In this document: positions 18,304 through 30,400 of the stretch, in pieces
Numbering within the stretch: the first letter of the stretch is position 1
Layout of the letters: each line of letters begins with the position of its first letter
Assembly: GCA_964499705.1 (NCBI GenBank)
Contig: CAZCME010000007.1
Location: 124,001-188,000, forward strand
Source of the DNA: an uncultured bacterium
GTDB taxonomy: Bacteria; UBA8481
Direction of reading: 5' to 3'
Length of the DNA: 64,000 bases
Program-made: the position numbers and the translations under genes
The notes under the pieces: generated by a model
Database searches by the model: none
The model's input: only the letters and a program-made list of their open reading frames with translations
Told to the model about the DNA's origin: nothing

Positions 18304-20385
18304 ATGACCTCCGCGAGAAGTCGCCTCCTGCCCTGGGCCCTCATCCTGATCGCTTTGCCGGCACAGGCGGATGGCCTCCTGAACGTCACCGATCTCAAGG
18401 CCCTTCTCTCAGCGCGTTCCGCCGACAGCGCGCTCTTCGATATCAACGGAAACGGTATAATCGAGCAGGAGGAATTCCTCGCGCTCGGACGGTCCTATGG
18501 AGCCATCGCGTCGGGCCTCATTGGGGATACGGACGCGGGATCAGGCTTCTATTTCGCGTCGCTCGACGATACGTTGATCGCTCCCTTGGCAACCATCACG
18601 GTGACCTGGGACACGTCCGCCGTCGCCTCCGGCGGACTCATCACCGTCACCCAGGCGTACGCCACCTATACCAACGGAGACACGCTCGATATCCGCAACT
18701 ATCTCCGGCTCGGCGCTTCGGATACAACGCTCCTTCAGCCTTCCGGCAAGACGGCGCGGTCGACGGGCGTGGGCTCCGCGCAACTATACGCGACGTTTGG
18801 CGGAATATCCGGCAGCACAACAACCGTCACCGTTCCGCCGGCGGCGCGGTTCAATCTCAACTCGCCGCTCGGATCGAACCTCATCGACCTGACGTATTAC
18901 ACGACCGACTATCCCTTCGTGGATTGCTTCAAGGCTTCCAGCGCGTGGGACATCGTCGGCGGCGGCACGCTCGACCTCGATGCGGACGGCTGGGTCCGCT
19001 CCCTCGACGTGGGGGCGGGTCAGGGCGTACGAACGCGAATCTTCGCGAGCCTCGCCGGAAATTACCCGGCGGGACGATATATCATGCTCTACGAGGGAAC
19101 GGGCACCATCGGATATGCGGGCTCAGCCCAGTATCGTCCCGCTCTGTCCTCGCCCGGGCGCGATGTCATCGATGTCGATCCGGCGCTCGGCGACATCACG
19201 ATCAACATCACCGCCACGACACCTGGAAATTATCTCCGCAACATGCGCCTCATCATGCCGGGCGGAGTCTCCCCGAACGATCCGTACCGCTGGTGCGCGA
19301 GCGAAACGGATTGTCCGGGCGGCGGGTATGTCGCCTTCGAGACGAATTACGCCACGCAGATCTTTCATCCTCATTTTCTCGACCGCCTGAAGACATATCG
19401 CGCGATTCGCCTCATCGGATGGGCGCGCATCTCCGGCTCTCCCGTCTCATCCTGGAACGAGCGTCCTCGCATCTCAAACGCCCGCTGGACCACGGAGACC
19501 GGCGTACCGCTCGAGATCATGTGCTCGCTTGCCAACCGAATTCAGGCCGATCCCTGGTTTGTCATTCCCCACCTGGCCACGGACGATTTCGTGACGCAAT
19601 ATGCTTCCCTGGTTCGCGACAGCCTCGCGAAGAACCTGAGGAGCTACGTGGAACACTCGAACGAGGTCTGGAATCCGATCTTCGCCCAGAACGCCTACAT
19701 CCAGAGCCGTGGCCTTGCCCTCGGACTCTCCGCCGATACCACCATCGCGGGGCGCTATTATCATGCGAGGCGCTCCGGCGAAATCTTCAATATCTGGAAG
19801 TCCGTCCATGGCGGTTCGACGGACAGCTTCTATCGCGTCATCGCGGCGCAGGCGGCAAGCGCGACGGGCGCCCAGCAGATCCTGGATTTTGAAAACACGT
19901 ATCTGAATGCGGATCTTCTGGCAATCGGACCATATTTCGGGGTTTATCTCGGTTCCGCCAATGAGGAAACCCGCGTTCAGGCAATGACGCTCAATCAGCT
20001 TTTCACGGAACTCGAGGACACGGCATTACCCGGAGCACGGACTCAGATGCAGGCGCACGCCGCGGTCGCCGCAAGTCATAACCTGGGGCTCGCGGCCTAC
20101 GAAGGCGGCCAGCACTTGGCGCGGCAGGGCCTGCCCGCAAACGACACGATCAACGCGCTCTTCGAGGCCGCGAACCGGGATGCGCGTATGGGAACTCTCT
20201 ATACCACGTATCTCAACGACTGGCGCACGGCGGGCGGGCGACTCTTCAATCATTTCGTCAATTGCAACGTCTTCAATCCGGTGGGTAGATGGGGCGCGTT
20301 GGAGTATCCGACTCAGCCGAGATCGGCCGCGCCGAAATTCGACGCTCTGCAGAAGTTCATCGAATTCAATCCGAAGTGGTGGTGA
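18304..20385 (+). CDS. Secreted protein with dockerin/EF-hand-like N-terminus, an Ig-like domain and a putative glycoside-hydrolase-like barrel (family often labelled cellulose-binding protein)
   Basis: Signal peptide ending AQA; DGLLNVTDL and DINGNGIIEQEEF; GVPLEIMCSLANRIQADPWFVIPH, YVEHSNEVWN, AYEGGQH and GRWGALEY. Confidence 0.65.
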   Translation: MTSARSRLLPWALILIALPAQADGLLNVTDLKALLSARSADSALFDINGNGIIEQEEFLALGRSYGAIASGLIGDTDAGSGFYFASLDDTLIAPLATITVTWDTSAVASGGLITVTQAYATYTNGDTLDIRNYLRLGASDTTLLQPSGKTARSTGVGSAQLYATFGGISGSTTTVTVPPAARFNLNSPLGSNLIDLTYYTTDYPFVDCFKASSAWDIVGGGTLDLDADGWVRSLDVGAGQGVRTRIFASLAGNYPAGRYIMLYEGTGTIGYAGSAQYRPALSSPGRDVIDVDPALGDITINITATTPGNYLRNMRLIMPGGVSPNDPYRWCASETDCPGGGYVAFETNYATQIFHPHFLDRLKTYRAIRLIGWARISGSPVSSWNERPRISNARWTTETGVPLEIMCSLANRIQADPWFVIPHLATDDFVTQYASLVRDSLAKNLRSYVEHSNEVWNPIFAQNAYIQSRGLALGLSADTTIAGRYYHARRSGEIFNIWKSVHGGSTDSFYRVIAAQAASATGAQQILDFENTYLNADLLAIGPYFGVYLGSANEETRVQAMTLNQLFTELEDTALPGARTQMQAHAAVAASHNLGLAAYEGGQHLARQGLPANDTINALFEAANRDARMGTLYTTYLNDWRTAGGRLFNHFVNCNVFNPVGRWGALEYPTQPRSAAPKFDALQKFIEFNPKWW

Positions 20386-20392
20386 GGCTTCT

Positions 20393-21484
20393 CTATTTCA
20401 ACCGGCGTTCCGTGGCGGCGGTGGCGGCCATAGAGTGTTCCGCCTCGACAGGATCCATGGGATCCGCGTGCACATCGTTCATGCCCGCGCTCCCTCCCCC
20501 GAAGACATACCCCGCGCTAACGCGGTGCGCATCGCCCAGGAGACCATTCGGGACATACGCATAGTCCAGTTCCAGCCCGCCCAGGGCAAAGCCGATACCG
20601 GCGGTCACGCCGTCGCGAGTATCGCGACCCTGCGTGCGGTATCCCACGCGCAACTTGACGGCTTCGATCGGGCGCCACTCACCGCCGACTCCCGCGTCCC
20701 AGTCGCGATCGATCGACTTGATCGCGTCGGCGGCGATGAGGAGGCGATAGTTCACGAACTGGTAGGCGGCGCCGGCCCGGAAGGATGTGGGAAGATCGTC
20801 GCGGCGGGAGAGAAATTTCAGACCCGAACCGACGTTCGTGACGCTTCCGCCGATCGTCAGTCCCTCGATCGCCCGCACTCTCCATCGGAATCCCGCGTCG
20901 CCGGCGAATCCGGTCGCGCGCTCGTTGTCGATCTCGCTTCCGATGTACCGCGCCGCGAACCCGAGGCTCACGTCGTCACTCGCCCGGAATCCGTAATGGA
21001 GGGCGACTCCAAGATCCCGAGACCCGAACAGCCCGCCGCTCCCGCCGAATTGCCCCGCGGCGTTCTCCGTGGTGCGCTGAAGATCGTCGACACCGAGCGT
21101 GTTGACGGTCAGCCCCCAGCGTCCCCGGCCGCCGAGCGCGCCGGTGAATCCGCCGTATTCCTGCGTAACGTCGAGAAAAAGCTCGCTGTGCTGCAGTCCG
21201 ATCTGGTATCCGGCACCCTCCGCGATCGCGGCTGGCTGCCCCCAGACCGTGAATGCATCGTTGCCGTAACCCGAGTAAGTTCCGCCCATCGCGGCGTGGC
21301 GGGCGCCCTGCTCGAGCTTCAGAAATTGGGCTGTGGATGTGCCGGCGCGGGTGGAAATGTTGACCGAGTGAGCGGGAGCAATTAACCACGAAGACACAAA
21401 GACACAAAGACAAACCTGGGAAAAGAATAAAATCATTTTCCTTTCTTCGTGTCTTCGTGTCTTCGTGGTTATATCCGCCCTCAT
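20393..21484 (-). CDS. PorV/PorQ-family (UPF0164-like) outer-membrane beta-barrel
   Basis: AGTSTAQFLKLEQGARHAAMGG, WGQPAAIA, alternating beta strands, NVGSGLKF...DLPTSFRAG and LDYAYVPNGLLGDAHRVSAGYVF. The ATG at 21484 overlaps the giant gene's stop; 21436 is an alternative start. Confidence 0.85.
   Translation of the reverse strand: MRADITTKTRRHEERKMILFFSQVCLCVFVSSWLIAPAHSVNISTRAGTSTAQFLKLEQGARHAAMGGTYSGYGNDAFTVWGQPAAIAEGAGYQIGLQHSELFLDVTQEYGGFTGALGGRGRWGLTVNTLGVDDLQRTTENAAGQFGGSGGLFGSRDLGVALHYGFRASDDVSLGFAARYIGSEIDNERATGFAGDAGFRWRVRAIEGLTIGGSVTNVGSGLKFLSRRDDLPTSFRAGAAYQFVNYRLLIAADAIKSIDRDWDAGVGGEWRPIEAVKLRVGYRTQGRDTRDGVTAGIGFALGGLELDYAYVPNGLLGDAHRVSAGYVFGGGSAGMNDVHADPMDPVEAEHSMAATAATERRLK
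21383..21471. repeat. 28-bp inverted repeat made of tandem 8-mers (GAAGACAC-like), lying within the 5' end of the PorV-family gene
   Basis: taaccacgaagacacaaagacacaaaga (21383-21410) against the reverse complement of tcttcgtgtcttcgtgtcttcgtggtta (21444-21471): 2 mismatches. Confidence 0.85.
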
Positions 21485-24400
21485 CGCATCACCGCGACTT
21501 TGCGAACCGAACGGCCGCCGGGGCCTTCGAGGACGATGAGATACACGCCCGACGCGACATCGCGGCCGGACTGGTTTTTCAAGTTCCACGAGACCGTCCC
21601 GAGATTATCGCCGTCGTTGAGGATCGCCGCCGTCACCCTCAACTGTGAATTCGTGGACGTTCCGTTCAACGCGTTCACCGTGGCGTCGACAACCAGTTCT
21701 CCGGCCAGTGTGAAGATCTTGACCCGCACATCCGGACCCGGCATGCGCGTCAGCTTGATGCCGTAGCGCTCATCCGTCGGCGCCAGGCTCGCGGTCGGGC
21801 CGTCGGATCGCCACGGATTCGGGTACGCGATCACGTTCGCGACGCTCCCGGAGAAGGCGAGCGCTCTCGCTTCCATCGGGATGCCGGCGGCATAGTGCGA
21901 GAAGTGACGCGTCCGGAATTCGAGCTTGTTCTCCGCCGGATACCGCACGGCCTTGTAATCATCCCATTGGGTCCCATTGTAGTAATACACGGAGAGCGCC
22001 GCTTCGGTCCGGTCAGGAATCCCGTCGCCATCGGAGTCATAACCCTGTTTTTCCGTATCGGTGAAGTCCTCCGCGCTGTAATAGATGATAATCGTGATGG
22101 TATCGGCAAAGTAGAATCCGGCTGTCTCCTGTCCAGGAGCGAAGAATTCCTTTCCGGCGCCGGTGATGATGATCGAATCCGAACTGGGCGGGGTCGATTC
22201 GGGAACCGTGCCTCCGATCTTGAATCCGGCTCCATACGACTCCGAACTGGGAACCACGACGATGATCCGGCCGGAATCGAAGAGCACGCCTCCCTGGCTT
22301 GTGACCGTCGCTTCCGAGCTCAGATCGACCGTGCGCAATTCATACACGCGATTCGCGCCCGCCATGGACTTTTTTACATAGGCGAAACGCTGGGAGCCCG
22401 ATTGCTGCATCACGACGTCCAGGGATCCGCCCGAGGCTGCCGTGTCCGTCGACACGTCGATTGCGGAATAAGGCGCGGTCTCCGTGTTTTTATCATAATA
22501 GATGAACCGCGTGACGAATCCGGAGACATCGTACATTCCGTTGTCTTCCGGATAGCCGGTGAATATATTCTGCCAGTCCCAGCTCGGACCGGTCGCCACG
22601 GAATAGACAAGTCCGGATCCGTCGCGGGTCCAGCGCGGAAAATAAGCGAACTGCTGGTTGCTGGTGACCTTGGTGAAGAAATTGGTGTCGCTGATATTCT
22701 GCAGCGTCGCGATAAAGGGATTATTCGGATAGGTGCCCAGGGTGACCGTGTCGAAATCGTGGAGCACATAGATGTCCGCGCGGTCAACCGCCGGACCGGA
22801 CGGCAAAGCATCCGAGACATACACGGCCGTGAAGGCAATGCGCGTTCCATCGGGCGACCACTGCGGATACGCGGCATACACTTCCGTATTCCCGGCCGCT
22901 CCGGTCATGCCCCATCCGTTCGCGAAGGCCGTCAGATACTTGAACGTGGCGGAGTCGTTGGTATTGTTCCAAGTCGCGCCCGACCTGTCGAACGTGAGGA
23001 GATTTCCGTCCAGGGAGGACACGACCTTGTCGCCCGCCGGATTCATGTCGAACCACCGGAAGGCATTGTCCGGCATCGGGCCGTTATTCGGATCGAAGGG
23101 ATCGTTCGGTGTGATCCGGACCGAATCTCCGGTCGCAAGATTGACGGCGTATATCTGAGGCCTCCTGCCGTTGGCCCGGTGAATGACGCCGACAAGGGCA
23201 TGTTCCATGGTCCCCATCGTTGTCGCGGTGTTGCGGATCGCGGTTGAAGCCGCGAAGCTCACCTGCCCCGACTCGGAACCCGCGGCGGCGTTCTTCGACA
23301 GGAGCGCCGTCGGGGCGCCGCCGACATCCTGTTTCACGAGCTGCCAGTTCGTGCCGTCCGCCTTGATGTACACCATCGTGTTCGGATTACCGCTTCCGCC
23401 GAAAGCGACATTCCCGATAAACGTCTTCGTCGTCCCGGTGACCACGGTCTGCTGTGTATTGCTGGTCGGATTGCCTCCCAGATTACCGCCGCCCGACGCG
23501 CTGGGAGCGATCATGATGACCTGCGCCGTCGGCGACGCCGTCACGCCGTTGACCGTCGCCTGATAGTTGTAGGTGTTGGCTGTTCCGGTGCGGATGGAGA
23601 AATTGACGACACCGTCCTGGCCCGTCGTCAGCGGATTCGAGGTCACCACCGTGACCGGCGCGCCGGTATCCCCGGTCAACCAGACGACGCGGCCCGCCGC
23701 GGGCACTCCGTTCGTGTCCCGAACCGATACGCTTACGGCGCCCGTGTCGCTGTTGTCCGCGATCCCCGTTCCGCCCGTGATGGCAACCGAATCCAGAGCG
23801 CCGGGAACGGACGGATCGAAGATCACGCCGGTCCGCGTCACACCGTTGGAGATGAGCGCTCGCGTGCAGATAATATCGCCGGAGAACATCGCCATGCCGC
23901 TGGAATCGATCCGCGCCCGCAACGTCTGGCTGTCGACGGCCAGAGTCGCGGAGAGATTGGCGAGCACGAGGAAGCGTGTCGTGTTTCCGGATGTAACGAG
24001 CGCGGAATCGGTGCGCGCCAGGCTTCCCGCCGCGTACGCGCCGCCCGACGCGCCAAAGGGAGTGTCCACTCCGATACCGTCGAATGCTCCGTTCGCGTTG
24101 CCGTCGATCATGATCCGGATGTTCGTGATGCCCGTGTCCGGATGGGAACCGTGGTTCTTCAGCGTGATCGTCTGGACGCTGTCGTTCGAAGCCTTGCCGT
24201 TCTGCACGTAGAAACTCGCGAGGATCACATTTGTCGCGCCCGACGCGAAAGTGTCGCTCGTCAAGGCATACGAATCCGCGACGATACCGCCGCTCACGAT
24301 CGAGGTCACGACGATATCGATCGTCGTGTCCGAAGGCGGGCTCGTCGCGACGTCGGCTGTCGCGGTGATCGTGCCTGTCTGGTTCGGCGTGATATTCACG

Positions 24401-27400
24401 GTATCCGAACCGTTCTTGAATCGCGCGACCGGCGTGGCGCCGGGCCAGCCCGAGACCGAAGTCATCGACGTGGAGTTGAATGTGAATCCCGCCGGCGAGG
24501 CGCTGAAGGTGACATTCCTGCCCGCCGAGGATCCGAGCGTCGTGAAGACACGGTCGAGGTTCCCATATTTGTCTTCCGCCCGGATCGTCATCGTGAACGC
24601 CGCGCCGTTCGACTGCGTTCCCGGATCGATGAAGCGGACGGACCCGCCCGTCTGGATCGCGTCGATGTCGATGACCGCGTTCTGCGTGTCGCTGGATAGT
24701 GAATCCAGCTCGCCCGTCGGCGGGAAATTTCCGCCGGGGCTGAGGCGGATCCCGGCCGTATCGATCCGCGCTCCGATCGAATCGTTGTCGACCTGCGGAC
24801 CAGTCTCCATGTGCGCCGTCACGAAGAACCGGATCGTCGAGACCGAAGCGGCCTTGAAATAATTCCTGTTCACGAGGAAAGAACAGGCGCCGGATGACCA
24901 CGCCGCGGTGTCCACGTTCGAGTCCGACGTGGAGGAGAAGGAGCCGCTCGCGTCGGAATCCACCCAGAGCCTCAACCGTTTCATCGCGGTATCCGCCGTG
25001 TTCTCGCTCCGGAGATAGATCGAATCCACGGTCGAGCCTGTTCCCGGAAACGAAACATCCAGGACGAGAATCTGAGCATCTGTGGAATCGGGCGAGACCT
25101 TCATAAGAGCCGACAGGGCGACGACGGTTACGCTCGGAGTGTTGGAGAATCCGACGACAACCGTTTCGCCGGGAATGGAGGAGGTTGTGAAGGCGATCGC
25201 GACCGTCTCCGCCTGCGAATCCGTCATGGTCGCCGTCGCCTGGCCGCTCACGAGCTTTCCGCTCACGTACGAATCGTAATACGCGCCGCTCGGCAGGGAC
25301 GCCGGCGCCTGGTTGTTGTACGTCGTCGCCGTCCAGCGTGCCGACTTGTCGCTGGTGGGCGACCAGGTGTCGTAGATCCGGGAGTTAACCGTCACTTGGG
25401 AAAAATTGGTCGTCACGACGTTCAGGTTCCCCCACGTATCCTCGGAGCGGATCGTCCAGACCGCCGATGCGCCGGTGGAGAGAGACTGCGTCTTCGGCGT
25501 CACGACAATCTTCGTGGCCACGACGCGCGTCTTGAAGTAGCCGTCGGAAACGAGAACCGTCTTCGGAATCGAGTCCTTGCCCTCGATCCCGATGCCGTTC
25601 ACCGTCGCCTCCACCTGCAGGAACGTCGAATCCGTGATCGGACCTGTCTCCATGTTGAGGATCAGGTTCGCCTCCAGCGTGTCGCCGCTCCCCTTCATCT
25701 GCCAATACATGCCCGTGAAATAAACCGTGTCGCTTGATTTGAAATCACGGATCTGGCCGAAGGTCGAATCGACGCCGGTGTCGAAGAGCCCGTTCCTGTT
25801 CGTGTCGAGGGAGATCCAGCAGGACTTGATCATCGAAGCCGCCGAGGCATTCAGGAGGTGGACTGTGATGCCCGTGATCTTGTCGGCGCCTGCGACGTCG
25901 GTCAGACGGAGCGACATGACGCGCACTCCCCTGGAATCGGGCGCGATGTCGTTGTTCGAGAGGGAAACCGCGAGGACCGTCACGAAGGCGGTATCCAGCT
26001 GAACGGTGTCCTTGGAAAGGGAATTCTCGACGGCGTAGATCCGGAGCTTCGTCGCGTCGCTCTGAGAGTTCTTGTCGATCAGATAGGGACCGGTGTCGGA
26101 GGCGAGATAGTTGTTGATGACGAGCGATTCGCCGCCGCCGGAGAAGTTGGGATTGCCCTGCACAAGCGTGTACTCGATCGTATCCGATGAACCCGCGCTG
26201 ATGTCGGTCAGGGTTGTGTGCGACCGGGAGACCATCACGAACTCGCTCGAGATGTCGATCGATGCGTCCCCGCGCTTGAACGTAAGATCGGTGTCGGACG
26301 ACTGGACCATGGCGCCCGCCCGCCCGGAAGAGGCCGCGAGTCCCACATGCACCTTGAACTGCTCGCCGATCCCCAGCGACGTCGTGTCGATGTCGACGTC
26401 CGAAAGATCGGTGATGCGGATCGCGGTCTGCGTCACTTGCGCCTGCTTCTGGACCGTGACGATCGAGCCCGTCAGCGGAAGCGATGCGCCATTCAGCATC
26501 AGGATGTTGTTCTTCTGCTTGGAGAACCCGAGTGTCGCGAGCGGATGATCGAAGACCTTCGCCCAGGGCGTATCGACCGCGTTGACGCGGAGCCGGAAGG
26601 TGTCGTTATTCGTCACCGACGACGCGATCGTCAGCACCACGTCCACCGTGATCGTCTCCGGCGAGGTGCCTCCCACCTGCATCGGGTTGGCCGCGTTGTA
26701 GGGAATCGAGAAGACCATCGAATCGCCGGACGATTCGATGGAGGTTTTATCCTGGTAGACCGTCCCGGAGGACTGGTTCCGGAGTCGCGCCCGCTGGATG
26801 ACCGTGTTCGGAACCTTGCCGCCGGACAGCCCTTCGACCATGATCGCGAAGCTCTCCACGTAGAATTTCCTGTCCGCCGCGCTGGGACTGGAGAACCGGA
26901 GCGTCATCGGGATGATCTCCGTCTGGTCCTCCGACGCGCTCCGGTTCGTCGTCGTAACGAGCCCGACACGGAACGTGTCCGGCACGCGGGCGACGGTGCA
27001 ATACCCGGAGGAGTTCCGGATGCCCGTCGGCACATTCTGGATATTCGCGGACGTGGTGATCGAGCCGGCCGGGAGCTGGACGTCGAGCGTGTCCGTTCCG
27101 ACAGCGGTGTCGGCGATATCCGCCACGACGAAGAACGACTTGTTCGTGCCGTTCGCGATGTACGGCGTGTCGTTCGTGTAGACCGCGACGAACGTATCCA
27201 CATCGCCGATGAAGGATCGCGCCGTTCCATAAGGCGTGTCCGAAACGGCGGAGAACGTGTCGTTGGCATCGAGGTCGCGATAGATCCGGACATTTCTGAC
27301 GTTCCCGGAATCCGCGGATTGCCAGTTGATCGTGATGGACGAGATCGAGTCCGAGACCCCGGTCGCCGATACCTTGAATGCCAGCAGCACGACGTTGACG

Positions 27401-30400
27401 TCGCCGGGATCGACGATCTTCTGATCGGCGTTCAGAGCGGTCGCCAGGTAGCCCTGCTCGAAGACATATGAACCCGTGTCATTGGTTCCGGGAACGCCGG
27501 GTGAAGCCGTCACCGAAATGACGGGTGTCTCGGCGGTGTTGTCGGTGAACGTGAGATCGGCCTGGCCCGAGACAAGCTTGCCTTTGATCTGCGTGTAATC
27601 GTAGGGAGGATCGGGCGGCGGATCGATATCCTCGCTCGCCAGCGTGGAGGACGTGAACGTGGCGCTGCCGGTCAGGTCCCACGTGATGCCCGTCTGGCCG
27701 TTGTAATGGATGTCCGTATTGCCGTACGCATCCACGGCCTTGGCCGTCACCGTGAGGCTCGCGCCCGTGCCCGTCGTTCCGCTCGACGGCGTGTGCGCCA
27801 GTTTCAGCACCTTCACGTCGACGCGGCGATCCGGCGTGGAGTTCAACTGGTTGGCGATGTTGGCGCTCGATGAATTGATCACCACGGAATCGATCCGCGC
27901 GTCGAGCGTCGCGGCGTCCGAGATCTCCGTGGAGACATTGTAGCCGATCATGAAGAGTTCCGAGTCCTGGTCGAGGACATCGGCCGTCAGGAAGTCGAAC
28001 GTGGCGAATCCGGACGTGAATAACGTCGTCCCGATCGTCGCGTCCGTCCCGGAATCGATTTCCGCATTGCCGTTGTCGTCGCGGAAGAGGATGACCGCGG
28101 AGACGTGGCTGTCGTTCGTGTTCAGGGACCTTACGCCGACGGTCACCACCTGGTCGTTCATACCCGACTGGTTGACGACGCGGAATTTCGCGACGTTGAA
28201 GGCGCGCGAATCGGGAGCGGCTGAATCGGCGTTGGAGAGATTGACGGCGGATACAGTGATGAGCTGCGCGTATTGAATGGCCGCCGACGAATCGAGAAGC
28301 GTGGAGGAGATGGTGATCGCGACCGTTTCGGCGGATGTATCGCGGATGGATACCTGCCCCTGGCCGCTCGCGAGATTGCCGTTGATGGCGGAGATGCCCG
28401 TTGTGGCGGGCGTCGGTGTCACGTTCGACATGCCGCTCGTGGCTGTTATGGAGAAGTTCGTGTCCGTTGCCGGGATTGCGTCGGAGACCGTCACCTGGAC
28501 CTGGATGTTGTGCCCCTGGGTCGAAGTCTCATAGTTGACGACATTGTCGATATTGCCATACGCGTCCACCGCTTTCAGGACGACATTCTCGGTCTGGGAC
28601 GCCGACGTGATCTTCGTGTCCGGCGTCGCGGTGACGCGCGTCGCGACGACTTCCAGGCGCCCCGTCCCTCCCGAGGTCAGCGCGGCCGCCGGGGCGAACG
28701 CTTCCTGCGACGCATGGATGCCGAGCGCCGGCACCCGCGCGTCGAACGTGTCGCCATCCGTGACGGTGTTATCGAAGTCGAAGGCGACGTAGAAGCTTTC
28801 GGTGGAAGTCGTCCCGATCGTGACAACGGGCGAAAGAATGAGCGTCACTGCGCTGTCGGATACCGCGAGAGTGCCCGTGGCGACAAGCGTATCGAGGCCC
28901 GCGATCGGCGTGGCGGAATCGGATCTCTGGAAGATGCTGTTCCGGTTGTCGTGATACAAGCGGACCTGCTTGATCGCCGAATCGGCCGAGATCGCCTCGA
29001 CGACGACCGAATCGATCGTCCGGTTTGAGCCCTGGTTGTTCTTCACGGAGAAGTGGAGGATCGGGACGGCGGTCTCGCCGGAATTCGCGTACGTCGTATC
29101 CAGCGTGTAGGCGGAGATATCGAACGGCGAGGCATTGATTGTCAATTGCTTCGTCCGCGACGGAAGGGTGAATGTGGCGCGAAGCTGACTCGCCCCCGTG
29201 TACTGGTGGTTGTCGAAGAAACGCGCTCGCGTATCCGTCGCCGTGTCGGACATTTGAACCGTCACAATGCCCGTCGACGAGCCGAGATTCTGGACGCAGG
29301 AATACGTGATCGTGTCCTCGGCGCCGGCGGCGATGGTTCTTCCCGACGGAGCCACGATCGTGAATTCGCTTGTGATGTTCGATCCCCCGATCGCCAATTT
29401 CAGATCCGTGTCGGACGGAACGACGCGAAGCGAACTTCCGCCCGGAGCGTTCGTGCAGCGGACAGCGACGAAGAACTGGTCGCCGGCGAGGATCGTCGTC
29501 GTGGCGGAGGAGTCCGTCTTCAGGAACGTGATCGAGGCGATCCCGGCGCGCGCTTTCTTCTGAACCGGCAGAGGCGATGTCTGGAACGGGATCTGCGCGG
29601 AAGTCGCCGGATCGTCCCGGATCGTGTCGAGCGACGTGTTCAGGATCTTGTCCTTCGCCGTGATCGCGTTCGTGTCGGAGAGTCGGATCCGGAAGTTATT
29701 CGCCGCGAGCGCCAGAGTGTCGTTGGCGATGTCGACCCAGACCCGCGCCGTGACCGTGGCGTCGGATCCGACGTACAAACCAGAGAGGGAAATCGTCACG
29801 GTATCGCCCGTCGTCGGCAGCGACGGCGTGTCGACGCCGCCATACTGCGTGCCCGCCGAAGCATCTCGGATGTGGATCCCCTTCAGGACGCTCGCGGGCA
29901 CCAGCGCGGCGCCGCTCGTGTCGCGAATGGTCAGGACGATCTGATCGACCCGGATGGAATTGACAGGATTCGCCGTGTCGAGCGGCTCGTTCTTCAGAAG
30001 GATGTCGAGCATGTTCACGTCCACCTGGCCGGTGGCGGCGTCCGAAGGCGTGATGGACGTGTCGGCGCTCACGGAAAGCGTGTCGGCGGGCAGCAGTCCG
30101 ATGATGTCGAATTCGCCCGTCTTCAGCGCGGACGTGACTCCGGTCTCCTGCGACAGAACCGTCAGGGATTTTCCCGACGAGCTGTCGGACATCGTGATCG
30201 CGGATACCCCGGAGAAGTAGAACTGCGCCGTGTCGATCGTCGTCGTCGTGGAGAATGTGACCCAGATCTCCATGTCGCGCGAAGATCCCTGGCTCACCGT
30301 GAAATTGGAGAGGGTCAGCGTGATGTTCGAATTGGACGGCATCGTGGAGACATCCGCGAAGGTCACGCCCTCGTCCGTGTTCTTGACGACCACCCGCGAT

